64,000 bases of DNA, taken from assembly GCF_001194135.2 (NCBI RefSeq), contig NC_069001.1:30122601-30186600 (forward strand), given 5' to 3'. Positions within the stretch are counted from its first letter, which is position 1. Each line of letters starts with the position of its first letter. Under the pieces are notes generated by a model that did no database searches, was not told where the DNA came from, and saw only the letters and a list, made by a program, of their open reading frames with translations. Positions 25,690 through 39,974 of this stretch are shown here, piece by piece. A program made the position numbers and the translations under genes. Source of the DNA: Octopus bimaculoides. Taxonomy: Eukaryota.

Positions 25690-26180
25690 TTTCCCGGATT
25701 ATCGCAACTCTCTGTCGTCATGCAGTTCTATTGTTCATCGTGTTCGAGGCGCCAGAGTTATTCCAGTAGATGTCACCAAAAATCTGTTTATTACAAGTCT
25801 TGGATTGTCGTCCCCTGCTAGCTCTTCTTTGTGGATGCTCCCATAAAATAATTTCACTTACAAATTCGTCTTAAGACCTCCAGGAATACTCTGCGAATCT
25901 GACGCAACGTTCTCTTATAACGTCTGATACTGGACGAACTTTCCCATAGAAATTAATCATTAGTCAGAAAATCTCTCCAGGTGGCGTTCAAAGCCACTCT
26001 TAGAATGAACGTGTGGGTGCCATTCAATTTTCTTTCAAATTTTGAGGTAAGTTTTCGGCTGAGTGGCTCGCAGTAGAACAGAGGTACAGTTGCTTGAAAG
26101 TGGTACATTTTATCATATTAGCTAGATACGGCTTGTCGACAGCACCCAATGCATTACTAGTGCATCACTTTTGCAGCTAT
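25690..26180 (-). mobile_element. RTE/RTE-X-like LINE ORF2 C-terminal remnant
   Basis: KMYHFQATV...LTSKFERKLNGTHTFILRVALNATWRDFLTND / YGKVRPVSDVIRERCVRFA...WRS*DEFVSEIILWE..RRASRGRQSKT. Confidence 0.8.
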
Positions 26181-27914
26181 AGATTTTACTAGTCAAGTAA
26201 GTAAATAAAATATTTTACACAGTTGAGAGATGTACCAGATACTCCTTTCATTGTTCCATTTTGATTTAAGCTTATGTATTTCGCTTTGATAGTTACCATG
26301 TTGACCCGTAAATTTGGCTAAATAAATAAAATAGACGATTGACTTTAAGTGTATGAATGGCTAAATCACCTGGGGTCGCTTTCCAATATTTGAAGACGGT
26401 GTCTTTTGTTTTGAAAATGAATTGTTTAGTATGTGTAGTAGATTGAATGAGAATTTAGAGGCCTCATGTACGTTTTATTTGCTTGCATTTTAGTCTCCGT
26501 TCGGCATTTCAAGAAGGCGTCATGTTATGAGTGAGATGCTTAGCTGCTATTTCTAGTAAATACTACCTAATAGACCTATTATCGTGCTCCTGTCGTAGTT
26601 AAAACGAATACAACAATATAAAGCGATTTATCTTCTATTTGTTTCCTTTAACGAAACATCTCAAATGAAATTATTTCTATTTTTGCTATGGAATAATAAT
26701 TATGAAATCGAGTAAAAATGAAATGCTAAGTTGTCAATTCAAACATATCTCTTGTACAATGTTGCAATAACAAACCGTTATTATTTTTCATTGTTCGTTT
26801 TGGAGTTAAACATTCTTTTTCTATCTTTTATAATCTGTTCCATTAGACATATTTCAATATGTCCTTCATCCGCCATGTTTGAATATAAAATATCTCTTTT
26901 GATTCGTTATTACTTCGCATTTGTTTCATTAATGTTCTTGATTCCTGTTAGTAAGTGCACTTTATTATGTTTAACAAACAGTAAACTGAATATGACATAA
27001 ATAGCCGAATAATTACATTGGAATCTTCATTCATTGTTACGCTGTATTTTTACACAGTAAATATTCTTTATGTACCATTGTGTTATGTAGAGTAAACAAC
27101 AAGTGTTAAGCAAAGATGCGTATAAAATAATGGTCAATATACCCTACGTGTTTGAAAGTTAATGCGTTATTGCACTAGATGACCAAACCGCGATTATTAT
27201 TTTGTTTCAGTATCATATCTATTCACGACTGTCATCTTAATATATAATAATACATAGAGCTATTGTTAGCCAAACCAATATTAGTTCAGATATTATAGAG
27301 AAAAAAATATCTTGAAGTATTCATGGCATAGTATGTCTTGGTCCTTTACATTGTAAAGGATGCGTGTACTGAATAAGCAAAAAAATACAATACACGCATA
27401 ATAGGATGTGTCGTTGAGTAAGGTTCGTATGTGTTTGTATTTTCATCAACAATACAATCCATTCTAGTTTGACAAGATTGTCTTTCTTCCAATTTACTCA
27501 ATACTACCAATCCACACCATCTTCGCCAAATATACATACATGTTTTATCATATATTCATAAAGTCTGTATATATTGTGTTAATTTTACGTATCTACAGTT
27601 GAAGATGTTTAAGTACCATAAAGGAAATTTTGAGAAGTATATTCTTCGATCTAATCAGGTATATATTTGCGCAAAAAAATTTCTAAAGCTTGATGTTGAT
27701 ATTCCTGAAATTTCAAATATAACGCAATCGGACACATGGTATTATATATATAATACTTGATACATTATCAGGAAATACTCTTTCAATACGCATTTCTATA
27801 GATTTCCTATATTCTGTATAAAATGGATTTTCTAAGATTTGTTTAAAAAAACCGCATTGAATAAGAAAAAAACGTTTTAAGCAACAGAATACTAACTGAA
27901 ATATTTCAATTGTG

Positions 27915-28060
27915 TAAGACGAAAAGCTGGCAGAATTGTTAACGTAACGGGCAAACTGATTAACGGCATTTCACCCGTTTTCACGATAGGAGTTCAAATT
28001 CTGCGTAGGCTGAATATGTCTTTAATATATGTTCAGGGTCAATAAGATAAGTGCCAGTCA
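27915..28060 (+). mobile_element. SINE family A, degenerate
   Basis: aagctggcagaattgttaac...gagttcaaattctg...ataagtgccag. Confidence 0.75.
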
Positions 28061-28074
28061 TAATAAGATAAGTG

Positions 28075-28670
28075 CGTGTGGAAGCGATACCGTGTCGTTT
28101 TGCACGAGACGCTCAGGAATGAGGCGAGATCGATGACATAGAAGAATCTAATTCATCGCCCTCCACAGACCCGGTAGCTTTTTCCGTGTGTCGTCCCTCT
28201 GACGCTTCAGATTGTCGCAGTAGAACTCTCGATTGAAGATATCACCCTTGGGGGACTGACTTCTCCATGCACAATACCATATTTCCAGGGATGACGCTCG
28301 TGACATATCGTCCAGATCGCTCATCGTCTTACAAGGGTGTTCTTCAGGTTTTGAAGCGCGCATGCCACTCTGCCACTCGAAGCATTGCGTGCAACCCATT
28401 CTTCGTCGCCGTAAGCTTGCCGAAACATGCTCAATGTCTCTATAGCAGACATTCCAAGTTTAACGTAGAATTTCAGGCTGGCCTTTTGTTCCTCTCCATG
28501 ACACTATCGAAGACCACAATATACACGTGATCGCACAAACACAAATTTCACAACTTGCAAAGTAAACACAATGATGTCACTCGGGACACTGCCTCATAAA
28601 GATCACTGCAAGTTCTCACCGTGTGCTGCCATTTATTGGCTCGCTGCAAAACTAGTCCGCTAACTTTTCG
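28075..28670 (-). mobile_element. Internally deleted mariner element
   Basis: 5' TIR/UTR; N-terminus LKFYVKLGMSAIETLSMFRQAYGDE..QCFEW; jump to GDIFNREFYCDNLKRQRDD..KLPGLW; ends in an LPH-like remnant. Confidence 0.8.
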
Positions 28671-30819
28671 CTATTTTGTTGGTTCTCAATAATTAAGATG
28701 AGACGATAATGCAATTATAGTTTGGAAAATAATGTTCGATTTCGTGTCTCGTAAAATGCTAATTATTTTTATTTATTCAATTTTATGGAGATTTTAATAA
28801 TTTCTATAAAATAGTTAGTAGTTGAAAGCAGAAATGCGAGATTGATGTCTAGACTGATCATGATGAAATAGTTCAATGACTGTACCTGATCAGATTGCTG
28901 TTGTCCACAATGATTCGTTGGCGATTTGAAAGATACAACGAAGAATAAAGAATCTTTGTTTGTCTTCCACGATTTCACTAGTACCAATTTATAACCGTTA
29001 GAAGCAGAAAACTAGTTAATATGCATATTATCTAAATCATTGGTAATTAATTCTTTCTGTTGTCGACTGCGACGACAATGGTTGATGAAGAAGAGTACTA
29101 TGATCAATTATTTGCGATGATCGATTATGTGATTGATTATATAGTAAATGCTGTCCATTTATTATATTACTGCGCCGTCTAATGCAATGGTACAAAATAT
29201 TAAGTTGTAATCTTGAATTCCAAAGTTATGTGTATAGCTCTTCTCTAGTGATATTGTAAATATAATTTCAATACTTTCTCTATAATATAACTACATTTCC
29301 ACATATCAATGGAAAACATATTGCTTTTCTTTCCATCATCTGTGCATTATATTGTATGTTATGCGTAATTTAATTTACAATATTTGTATTTATATTATAG
29401 AATAAATCGCTGAGCTAGGTATAAACAGTAACTGCACGTCAGGCTGGAGATAGGCTCGATGACTTCCCTTTGCAAATACTAATAGGGCACAGATAATGTG
29501 TCACTAGCCATCTGGAGGAGATGTTTTCCAGGGGCTGCAAGCTACACTAGTATCAACTCTTAAGGGTTAGCTACATTTAGGTGGCAAATATACTTCACGA
29601 TTTATATTATATTTTTTCTTCTTAGATTCCTTGCAGTCGTTACTATAATGATGTTCTCTGTTCTTATTTCTGTTGCAGTACATAAATAGTTAGAGCATTC
29701 TGATCAATTTAAGATTGCGATTATACACGGATATATAATAAAGAATAAAGAGGCGGTCTACATTTGACTGGTGACGATATGTTTATTTTCAGTGAATAGA
29801 CCTTATATAATATTCACTGCAAATTCCTAGGTAGGTTCCTTGTTCGTGCAAGTGAACGTCAATGATATTCTAGAGAAAGTATTAAATTGCTTGTTTTGTA
29901 TTAGCCATATTAAATTTTGGTAGGAACCATACGGATTCTAAGAAAATCTACGATTTAGGGAAGTATATAATATATGATTAAATAGGATGTTTTTTACAAT
30001 TATGTAATAGAATCACACGCATTTTTGTGTTATCCAATAACATTATGTTTTAAGCCTATAGCTATCGTTACGATCAATTCAGCATTAATATAAAAAAAAT
30101 ATATTTTACTCTTCGGGAAATATTTCATACAATTACGAGTTCACCACTTTCCAGTTACTGAAAATGTCTTACAAGAATTTATAAATGGCCACTATTTAGA
30201 TTGATTATCTGTCGAAGTTTTTCTCCTTTTTGTTTTAGTTTTTTTTCGGAACAGGATTGCATTTTTGTTCCCCCAGTTGGAAATTTAAGAAGTATGTGTC
30301 CTAAGTTTAATTAATAAAAGATAAATTTCTTGACATGATACTTATGGAGCATATCAAATGAAACTCCTCAATAGCTAGGATGTTGTTATTTAAAAAAAAA
30401 AAAAATGTCAGAACAATTTTCTATATTCTGTACAACTGCTTCCAGGATATACTTTTTTGTTTTTGTCATATGATCTATGCATTACGTTTATCCGCGGTCG
30501 TTACTGATCTTTCTTTTATTGCTATTTTCATTTTTTGTTTTTTCTCGGAAAGTCATTTCCCAACTCATATCCATTCTTTTATATATCTATATATTAGCCT
30601 CTCGCATACATCTTTCTTTCGATATTTGAAAGTAACATTGACAAATTATTTTGTTTATGTTGCCAATTTCTTTAATGTTATACTGATTTTATTTATTATT
30701 CTGGGCACATATATGTGTGAGTGTGCACCCATACACATATATGTATCTACATATATATCTATAAGTAAACATATATACATATATATATATATATATGATA
30801 TATATATATATATATATAT

Positions 30820-30872
<53 letters not shown>

Positions 30873-31574
30873 AAGGTACCTTTTAATATTTGCTGTCATT
30901 GTTCTGCCTGCTTCTACATTGTATATCGTTGTGTATTTGCCATGTTTTCCTTTTTCATAAACTTACTGGAAGCATTCATTTGTGATATCTTCTCGGATAT
31001 CATGTTTTTCTCTGCTAAGTAAAATATTTGCTTTGGGCACCGTGGATATTTTATTGCAATGCATGTTTACGTAATCCCAAATTTTCAATTGCAAATATAA
31101 TACAGTGGAGATAAAAAGCAAATCTTCAAAATTTCTTATAATAGTTTAGGTTGTAATATTGATTGATGTCCAGTTTTATTTTCTATGCTGTGTTTTCGAC
31201 GAAACTGCGTTCTTGCATTGGCTTCTCTATTACATGTCAGCAATGCTTTATCTTAACACAAGAGTTTTTGAACTCCTTGATGTTACAAACATTTTATCTT
31301 TTTATGAATCTATCGGTAATTTTTGTGATGCAGGGGCTAAGGATGTAGCAGTGCATTAATATAGCTGCTGCTACCAATACCATTATAGCTACAACCATTA
31401 TTAATATTTCTTGTTTCAGATATATGTTCGTTTTTCGGAATATATCAATAATTGTTTCCACGCAAAGGCTTTAAATTGTATTAATAGTTAACACTACAAC
31501 CGCTACTGTTATTGCTGTTGCTATTACTACTACTAATAATACTACTGCTGCTGCTGCTGCCACTATTACTACTA

Positions 31575-31824
31575 AATTAGTAGATTCGACACGTTCCTTC
31601 TCCAGAAGTAACATTTTACCCACTGTTCTTTGTAAATGAATAAATTTCTTTAAGAAATCGGTGTTATGCTTATTAGTTTTCCCGCCAATTCTGATTTGCT
31701 TAGATTGTTCTCGGTTCTGCTATTCACTCGTATATGACACTGGGAGCAACTGTACCCTCCAGCCTCCACCAGGTGTCTTGGGGAAAGTTTCAACCTGGGT
31801 TCTCATTACTAAGATATTTTTCGA

Positions 31825-31829
<5 letters not shown>
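31575..31829 (-). mobile_element. Truncated copy of the hammerhead-bearing Penelope-like repeat, followed by a possible RT remnant
   Basis: 31754-31829 minus is homologous to 31896-31972 plus; the downstream frame FWRRNVSNLLI resembles FWRRYVDD. Confidence 0.55.
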
Positions 31830-31856
<27 letters not shown>

Positions 31857-31866
31857 NNNNNNNNNN

Positions 31867-31895
<29 letters not shown>

Positions 31896-31897
<2 letters not shown>

Positions 31898-32074
31898 ACA
31901 TCCAAAAATACCTTACGAATGAGAACCTTGGTTCGAAATTTTCCCATGACACTTGATGAAGGCTGGAGGGTATATCAGCCGAAATGTTGTGCTAACAACA
32001 AACAGGACTAGGACAAATATCCGTCAAATGTAAATAATGTACATAATTCCTCATCTCTTAACTATAGAACTGTA
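31896..32074 (+). mobile_element. Penelope-type terminal repeat/non-autonomous element containing a hammerhead motif
   Basis: taacatccaaaaatacc...gacacttgatgaaggctggagggtatatcagccgaaatgttgtg...aactatagaactgta; the Penelope assignment is inferred from the minimal hammerhead architecture. Confidence 0.65.
31948..31993 (+). ncRNA. Degenerate minimal type I hammerhead ribozyme
   Basis: gacac-TTGATGA-a-ggctg(gagggtatat)cagcc-GAAA-tgtt-gtgct: 5-bp perfect stem II, stem I gacac/gtgct with one mismatch, core C3 changed to T. Confidence 0.65.
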
Positions 32075-33009
32075 ATAACATCAGCATGAACAACATGAAC
32101 ATCGTTATAATTGGTATTTAGTGCGTAGATGTTAGAATTGTCATCGACAGTTCTTTCGTTGCCCAAATGGAAATATACTGATATTATATCTCAGGCGTTA
32201 CAATGCAAATATTTATTTTTTGTACGCATATAAAAACATTATTATATAAGGTGTATTTTTTTTTATTTAAGACGATAACTTTGGTTTTCAGAATGAAAAA
32301 AACTCGGTTTTGTTTCTAGTCAGTTGGACAACATAATATCAAACTCATTTTGTTTATTTAGGCATAATTATATACACACGCGCACACACTCATACACATG
32401 TATATAATATATTATATTTTGTTTCTTCTGTTTTTGTGGTCGGCGCCTCTATGATTTATGACTGCTTCCAACAATATTTGAATATATGTATGATTTTTTA
32501 TGAATCTTTTACGATAATAATTATATTTGTAATTTTCTATTTCTATTGATGATATTTTTCGAAAGGCAAAACAAAAGCAAATCAGGTCGTATTTTCACAA
32601 TTCACCTATATTTTTGTAGTTTTATTTCAATTGTTTTTTTTTATATTCTTTTCTACTTTAAAGACTTTGTTTATGCCCACGTAATTGTACAGGATATATA
32701 TTATAATCAATATATTCCATCGATCTGTTTCAGCCAGTCGAAAAACAAATGTATTGATGCCAAAAAAAAAAAATTACCCACCACCATAAACTATATCTAT
32801 ACGTTCATGTCGTGATCGATAAATACTTATTATATAAGTTCATATTCTCCAGTGGAGAATATGAACTTATATTCATAAAAATAAAAACAATCTACGACGT
32901 TGTCGACAAATACAAATATGACATAGACAAACTAGTGAGGCAATCGATAATGTTCTATCGATAATTTGATATTTTCGATTTTGCATTGTAATTTATTATA
33001 TATGAGTGT

Positions 33010-33025
33010 ATGTATATGCGAATGC

Positions 33026-33064
<39 letters not shown>

Positions 33065-33255
33065 TATATAAGTGTATGTATACTAGATAGATACATGCAT
33101 ACATACACATACAAGCATTTATGCACATATATATATATGTGTATGTGTGTGTGTGTATATGTATGTATACGTGTGTGTGTGTATGTGTATATGTATGTAT
33201 ACGTGTGTGTGTGTGTGTGTGTTGTGTGTACCTATGTGTGTGTGTGTGTGTGTTG
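33010..33255. repeat. (TA)n/(TG)n microsatellites
   Basis: Directly visible. Confidence 0.9.
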
Positions 33256-34064
33256 TATGCATTAAAAGTTATTTATGTTTCGTTTGAATTCCAGAATGTT
33301 AAGCATTCATGTAAATAGAGATCATAAAATCGTACGTTAAAAGTGAAGTACAATCAGGTAAAAAATATATATTTAGTTGGTTAGATCTTAAAATCTTAAT
33401 GATGATAGTGGTGATGATGATGACGATGACTACGACGACAAGGATCATGATAACGATGATGATGCCTGTTAGTGAGTGTTAATATACTTTTGGTGATCAT
33501 ATCCTACCGATAATATTGATGCTTCCCGTAAACGGAGATGTCGATCAAAGCGGATAATAACTGAGTTCAGTAAGTGTGCATTTTAAATCTCAGATTTGCT
33601 CCTCAACATCTTCTGCAGCCATTGATAGTTTTTTACCCCTTCCCTATAGTCGTTATCCTACTGATCATGAGAGGAAGGTATATAGGGTCATTTCGCTAAA
33701 TGTTGCCTCTCGTTCAGCCCAACTTTTTTAGGCAAAGAACCATGATGTTCTTTAAGATCATCATCGCCTCCATTGCAAATCCACCCCATTTGACCTATGG
33801 TACACCATGCGTTATCTTTAGAGGCAATTTCCATTTGATGGAGATTATGAGATAATGGGCGACGCAAATATTTGATCACTATAAACAAATTATATGTGCA
33901 GTTTGGTCAGCAAACAATTACAGAACCATTTTCCTAGGACTCGAGAGACTCTCAAGAATTATTGACGCACTGAATCACACCAAAAATCATTCACCATAGA
34001 GCAGTAATTTTTGTCGATATTTTGCAAGACATTGCATCGGTTAACGAGTGACCCAACACATATA

Positions 34065-34192
34065 TACGATATAATATCAGAGACGTCCAGGACTAGCTCT
34101 GTAGCGCGCCAGCAGATGGAACACGCGATTGTGTGCGGAGTGAGAGCTAGTAGTGACCTTCATGAAGCGGTGTGCCGAGTGACATCATTATT
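34065..34192 (+). mobile_element. Mariner 5' end (TIR plus UTR), same family as 28075-28670
   Basis: ggactagctctg...gtgaccttcatgaagcggtgtgccgagtgacatcatt aligns to the reverse complement of 28570-28660. Confidence 0.65.
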
Positions 34193-35169
34193 TTATTTTT
34201 AGATAGATGCATACATACATACGAACATATATACATACATATATGTTTGGAGAGGCGGCGTTTGTGGAGAGACTGACTGATGGAGAAATAGAGAAGAGAG
34301 GCAGAGATCGGAAAGAGAAAATACATGTAAATGTCGAAATACAGTTCTTTATGTTTCCTACTTGGAACACGGCCGTTTCCACCTTGAGATTATAAGATTG
34401 GTTGTTTACGAAAGAAAATTGTTTTTATTTTTAAGAGACATTTCTATAGGCAAAATTGAGCTCTGTATGATTACATTCAATTATCTAAATAAAAAGCAAT
34501 ATTTCATTATCACTGTATTATTGTGCTAAATATCGACTGATATATTGTCTTCACGAAAAAATTCGAATTATATTAAGTGCAAATTTATGCGATGTACTAA
34601 AAAAAAATATAGACTTATAGAAAGCATCCTCCTTCAATATATTTGCGAAGACTGAATTACAAACTGTTTTTCAAATTGTATTTTCGTTTTGTTTTCTACA
34701 GTTTTTCAACTGAAGAAAAGAGAAGGAAATGGACGCTGCACTCAAACTCCGTAGGAAAATGTATTAGCGTTTATGAAGACAATTAGGTTTCCCTCGATTG
34801 TGTTCTATTGTTGCAAGCTTTGTTTTAGACTACTGGAGATTTCTTCAAATGATTGTCAAAAGTTCCGGTAGTGTAAGAGATAATTGAAAATTCTAAAACT
34901 AAAATAAAAAAAGAATAACTGAAAAAAAAAAAACAGTATAAGAAAATAATAGGAAGTAATTAATATTCATTGTTTTAGTAATATAGCATAAATCCGGATT
35001 GAATTTTTCCATCCACTTGAATTACTGTATTCATTTTAATTAGATATGCATTTTAAATCCTTAGCCCCACTTCACTCTAATATTTAAGTATTTCATACAT
35101 TTATCCTCACGCTAATATATCCCCACTAATATCCGTGCATATTCTTACACTCAGGTTGTACAGATTGTT

Positions 35170-35182
35170 ACATATGCATATG

Positions 35183-35228
<46 letters not shown>

Positions 35229-35420
35229 TGTGTGTGTGTGTATATATATGTATATAGATATGTGTATATATATATATATATATATATGGATGGATGGATG
35301 GATGGATGTGTGTGTATGTATATATGTATATAGATATGTGTGTGTGTGTATATATATATGTATATAGATATGTGTGTGTGTATATATATATATATATGTA
35401 TTAGAAAAAATAATAAGGTA

Positions 35421-35490
<70 letters not shown>
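35170..35490. repeat. (TA)n/(TG)n/(TGGA)n microsatellite block
   Basis: Directly visible. Confidence 0.95.
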
Positions 35491-35492
<2 letters not shown>

Positions 35493-35589
35493 CGAAAATA
35501 AAAATAATACTGGCATCTCATTTTAACAGATAGATTTACCAAAATTACATATAAATATCTGGAAATATTAAAGAGTAACTTTATTCAAC

Positions 35590-35940
35590 GAAATTGGCGT
35601 TGGCGTCAACCAAGGCCCCCAGATGACTTCGGAATCTCCTGCAACTTGTCTGGGCGGTCTCCTTGTTTTAGATGGCGAATGCTGCTATGATCTTTGCCTT
35701 CAGTTTAATTTTGGCGTTTCAAGTTTTGTTGGTTTCTCGTTCACCTGCACCCGACACATGATAATCAAGGAGATTGCAGTGCGGGGAGCTAGGAGGATAA
35801 ATGTCAAGTGTGATGTGCTCAGAGAAATTGTCTGACAGCCGTGACTAGTTTCTTCTCCTTGTGTGATATAGTGTAGAGTCCTGTTGCCAGACATAGTGCC
35901 TCCCACCCAACACAGTACTATCTCTTCCAAGCCCCTGATA
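35590..35940. repeat. GC-richer island, probably an unclassified interspersed repeat
   Basis: Sharp composition shift and direct contact with a SINE tail; no coding motif recognised. Confidence 0.35.
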
Positions 35941-36134
35941 TAGGCAAAGGGCTACACAGAGAGGGGACAATCTACGACAGACAAACGGTTTAAGTCGATT
36001 ATATCGACACCTGTACGTAACTGGTACTTATTTAGTCGACCCCGACGGAATTTGAACGCAGAACGTAGCGGCAGACGAAATACTGCGAAGCATTTCGCCC
36101 GACGTTGTAACGTTTCTGCCAGCTCACCGCCTTA
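35941..36134 (-). mobile_element. SINE family A (long-tail subtype) with internal deletion
   Basis: Ends in tctgccagctcaccgcctta; lacks the cctttcatcc module; tail ccgtttgtctgtc...gtcccctctctgtgtagccc. Confidence 0.9.
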
Positions 36135-37372
36135 AGAGGCACGTACGCACGCACGCACGCAGATTATGTTATTGTGGTTTATGTAAAATATTGAAAACTA
36201 AATAAAATGCAAATTATTTACAGTTCTTTCCATTGTGCATGAGATGCTTTAGTACCGTTAAATTTACTGACAAAAGGATAGTAATTAAAATGATGTTATA
36301 TTAAACAGTGCGTTATGGTTTAATAGCTTTAATAGCTGAACGCATACTCAAAATAGAGGTGTAGCTCAAACGATCCAATTTACTAAACTCTTATTCAGTT
36401 ATCTATGTACTAGATGTTAATATAAAACCCCAATGGTTTGAACCTACCATGTAACATACTTTCTCTAGACAGAGGTTCAGTACGAGAGACCGGTGGAGAT
36501 ACAGTTTTAAGGTATTGCGTTCGGGTTCTTTCACGAATAATTATAAATTGCGCCCGGATCTAATGTGCACTTCAACAATCCAGGACCTGTAAGATAGTGT
36601 ACCAGTCAAGCACTGGCGATTCTGGAATAAACGCTTCTTCTACCTTAAAATCTGAACTTGTTCTAAAAGCAAATGATATTTAATGCATTTTCTTTGCTTG
36701 CGTACTAAACATTACTATGTGTGTTTTGTATTTCAAAATCATGTGAACGTATATTTCATTTAAATACAAATTATGACATTCGTTGGAAATATGATAAAAA
36801 CAAAAGCAGTTTCCTATTGATACGGATCGTGCTGAAAAGTAGAATGTTTCACACAACAACGTCTTGGAAGCTAATGAGTTCATTTTTAATTAAGACATTA
36901 TAAATGGTAGGAATGTGAAAATATATAGGATATGAAGAAGAAATTATACAAGGAAACAAGTAAAACAGAGATTTAATTTGGTCTCTTCTTTGTGTCTCAA
37001 ACGGAAACGCTAAATGAATGCTATATTAACAAACTGAGAGGAGAAAATGTTCGCCATTGTTGTACAGAAATCGATATTCAATTAAATAATAGAGATTTAA
37101 ATGAAATAACATTTTCACGAATTAGTAAGAACACCCATCCATTTACACATACACACGGTACACATCAACACATGCAATCCTTTCCAGACATCCGCATACA
37201 CAGACACAGCTGTGTACGTTTCTGAGCTTGTGATATTTGTGTGTGGCTATATATATATGTGTATATATGTTTACATATACACACAAACACGCACACGCAC
37301 ACGCATATATATATATATATATANNNNNNNNNNNNNATATAAATGCATCCATGTATTCATAAAACATTTGTG

Positions 37373-37415
<43 letters not shown>

Positions 37416-37719
37416 GCATCCATGTATTCATAAAACATTTGTGTATTTATATATAGATAGAGAGATAGACAGACAGAAATAGAGCCTGATTTAAAGTTGA
37501 GACTTCTTGAGTGCCATCACTGATATTCATATCAGTAATTGTTCAAACTATTGTATAAAAGAAGAAGCATGAGACAATATAAACAAGATAATACGTCGTA
37601 GTTATATCAATATACGATTACTCAGCATAATATGCAGATTTGATTGGTTACCAAACAAAAGGATTTAGAAATTGCAACACCCTTTCATTAATACCCTTAC
37701 ACAAGCACACACATGAATG

Positions 37720-37760
<41 letters not shown>

Positions 37761-38448
37761 NNNNNNNNNNNNNNNNNNNNNNNNNNNNNNNNNNNNNNNN
37801 NNNNNNNNNNNNNNNNNNNNNNNNNNNNNNNNNNNNNNNNNNNNNNNNNNNNNNNNNNNNNNNNNNNNNNNNNNNNNNNNNNNNNNNNNNNNNNNNNNNN
37901 NNNNNNNNNNNNNNNNNNNNNNNNNNNNNNNNNNNNNNNNNNNNNNNNNNNNNNNNNNNNNNNNNNNNNNNNNNNNNNNNNNNNNNNNNNNNNNNNNNNN
38001 NNNNNNNNNNNNNNNNNNNNNNNNNNNNNNNNNNNNNNNNNNNNNNNNNNNNNNNNNNNNNNNNNNNNNNNNNNNNNNNNNNNNNNNNNNNNNNNNNNNN
38101 NNNNNNNNNNNNNNNNNNNNNNNNNNNNNNNNNNNNNNNNNNNNNNNNNNNNNNNNNNNNNNNNNNNNNNNNNNNNNNNNNNNNNNNNNNNNNNNNNNNN
38201 NNNNNNNNNNNNNNNNNNNNNNNNNNNNNNNNNNNNNNNNNNNNNNNNNNNNNNNNNNNNNNNNNNNNNNNNNNNNNNNNNNNNNNNNNNNNNNNNNNNN
38301 NNNNNNNNNNNNNNNNNNNNNNNNNNNNNNNNNNNNNNNNNNNNNNNNNNNNNNNNNNNNNNNNNNNNNNNNNNNNNNNNNNNNNNNNNNNNNNNNNNNN
38401 NNNNNNNNNNNNNNNNNNNNNNNNNNNNNNNNNNNNNNNNNNNNNNNN

Positions 38449-38488
<40 letters not shown>

Positions 38489-39936
38489 TTTATATTATAT
38501 ATATATATATATATAAGGATAGAGAGGTAGTTATTGATATAGATTTATATACAGTCAGACAGGCATACAGACAGGCATAGGCGGAAAGACAGAGATACCG
38601 ACAGACAGACACCAAGAGAGAGAGAAAGAAATAGTGAGGGAGAGAGGTGATAGCTTATTTGTGTGCATCTTTCAGCAGCCATCAGCCGCTAATTCAGAGT
38701 CGTAATGACAAAAATGTGAAAATAGAAGCAGCCAGATTGAACGCAATGCTGTTGACTGCATTAATTAGACTCATACGTTTCCTTTTATCAACAGTGGATG
38801 AGAACTTAGAGACATTAAATAAAACGAATTTTGTTATAATGTACATCAAAATAACACACTGCTTTTAAGTAGGTCTTACATTGATTTAACTAGGGGTTAG
38901 TCGGACTATTGTGATGTCAGAACTAGTGGTCAGGGTAGGGCAGGATTCGACGGCTTCTTACACATTTTATTGCTTAAAAACAGTAAACGGCGATGGTGAT
39001 AATATTACGCTAGTTTAAAAGAACAAACTCCCACTCAAAAAAGAAAAAAAATTGAAGAAGAAAAGAATGAATACCACTATATTCGGATATGAAACTATAT
39101 TTCTTATTACGCAATTTTAATGTTCCAATACAAATAACATGTTTTTTTTCCAACATCCTGGTGATATGTCTACTCATTCCATTTACTTATTTGCAGCGAC
39201 ACAAAAAGATTATATCTAAGTCTCTCGACCAGGTAAAGTAGTGCAGTGAAAGTATTGGTGATAAAAATTACTTATCTCCCAAGCACATATCTGATACGCA
39301 ACCATTTGGTCACCTGCGACAATTTAATGTAGAAGAATTGTTGTAGAATAACGATTTTGCATATTTCAANNNNNNNNNNNNNNNNNNNNNNNNNNNNNNN
39401 NNNNNNNNNNNNNNNNNNNNNNNNNNNNNNNNNNNNNNNNNNNNNNNNNNNNNNNNNNNNNNNNNNNNNNNNNNNNNNNNNNNNNNNNNNNNNNNNNNNN
39501 NNNNNNNNNNNNNNNNNNNNNNNNNNNNNNNNNNNNNNNNNNNNNNNNNNNNNNNNNNNNNNNNNNNNNNNNNNNNNNNNNNNNNNNNNNNNNNNNNNNN
39601 NNNNNNNNNNNNNNNNNNNNNNNNNNNNNNNNNNNNNNNNNNNNNNNNNNNNNNNNNNNNNNNNNNNNNNNNNNNNNNNNNNNNNNNNNNNNNNNNNNNN
39701 NNNNNNNNNNNNNNNNNNNNNNNNNNNNNNNNNNNNNNNNNNNNNNNNNNNNNNNNNNNNNNNNNNNNNNNNNNNNNNNNNNNNNNNNNNNNNNNNNNNN
39801 NNNNNNNNNNNNNNNNNNNNNNNNNNNNNNNNNNNNNNNNNNNNNNNNNNNNNNNNNNNNNNNNNNNNNNNNNNNNNNNNNNNNNNNNNNNNNNNNNNNN
39901 NNNNNNNNNNNNNNNNNNNNNNNNNNNNNNNNNNNN

Positions 39937-39974
<38 letters not shown>

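Noticed and set aside
37337-37456. About 49-bp tandem duplication separated by (TA)n next to a gap
   Set aside because: Likely an assembly artefact at a microsatellite.
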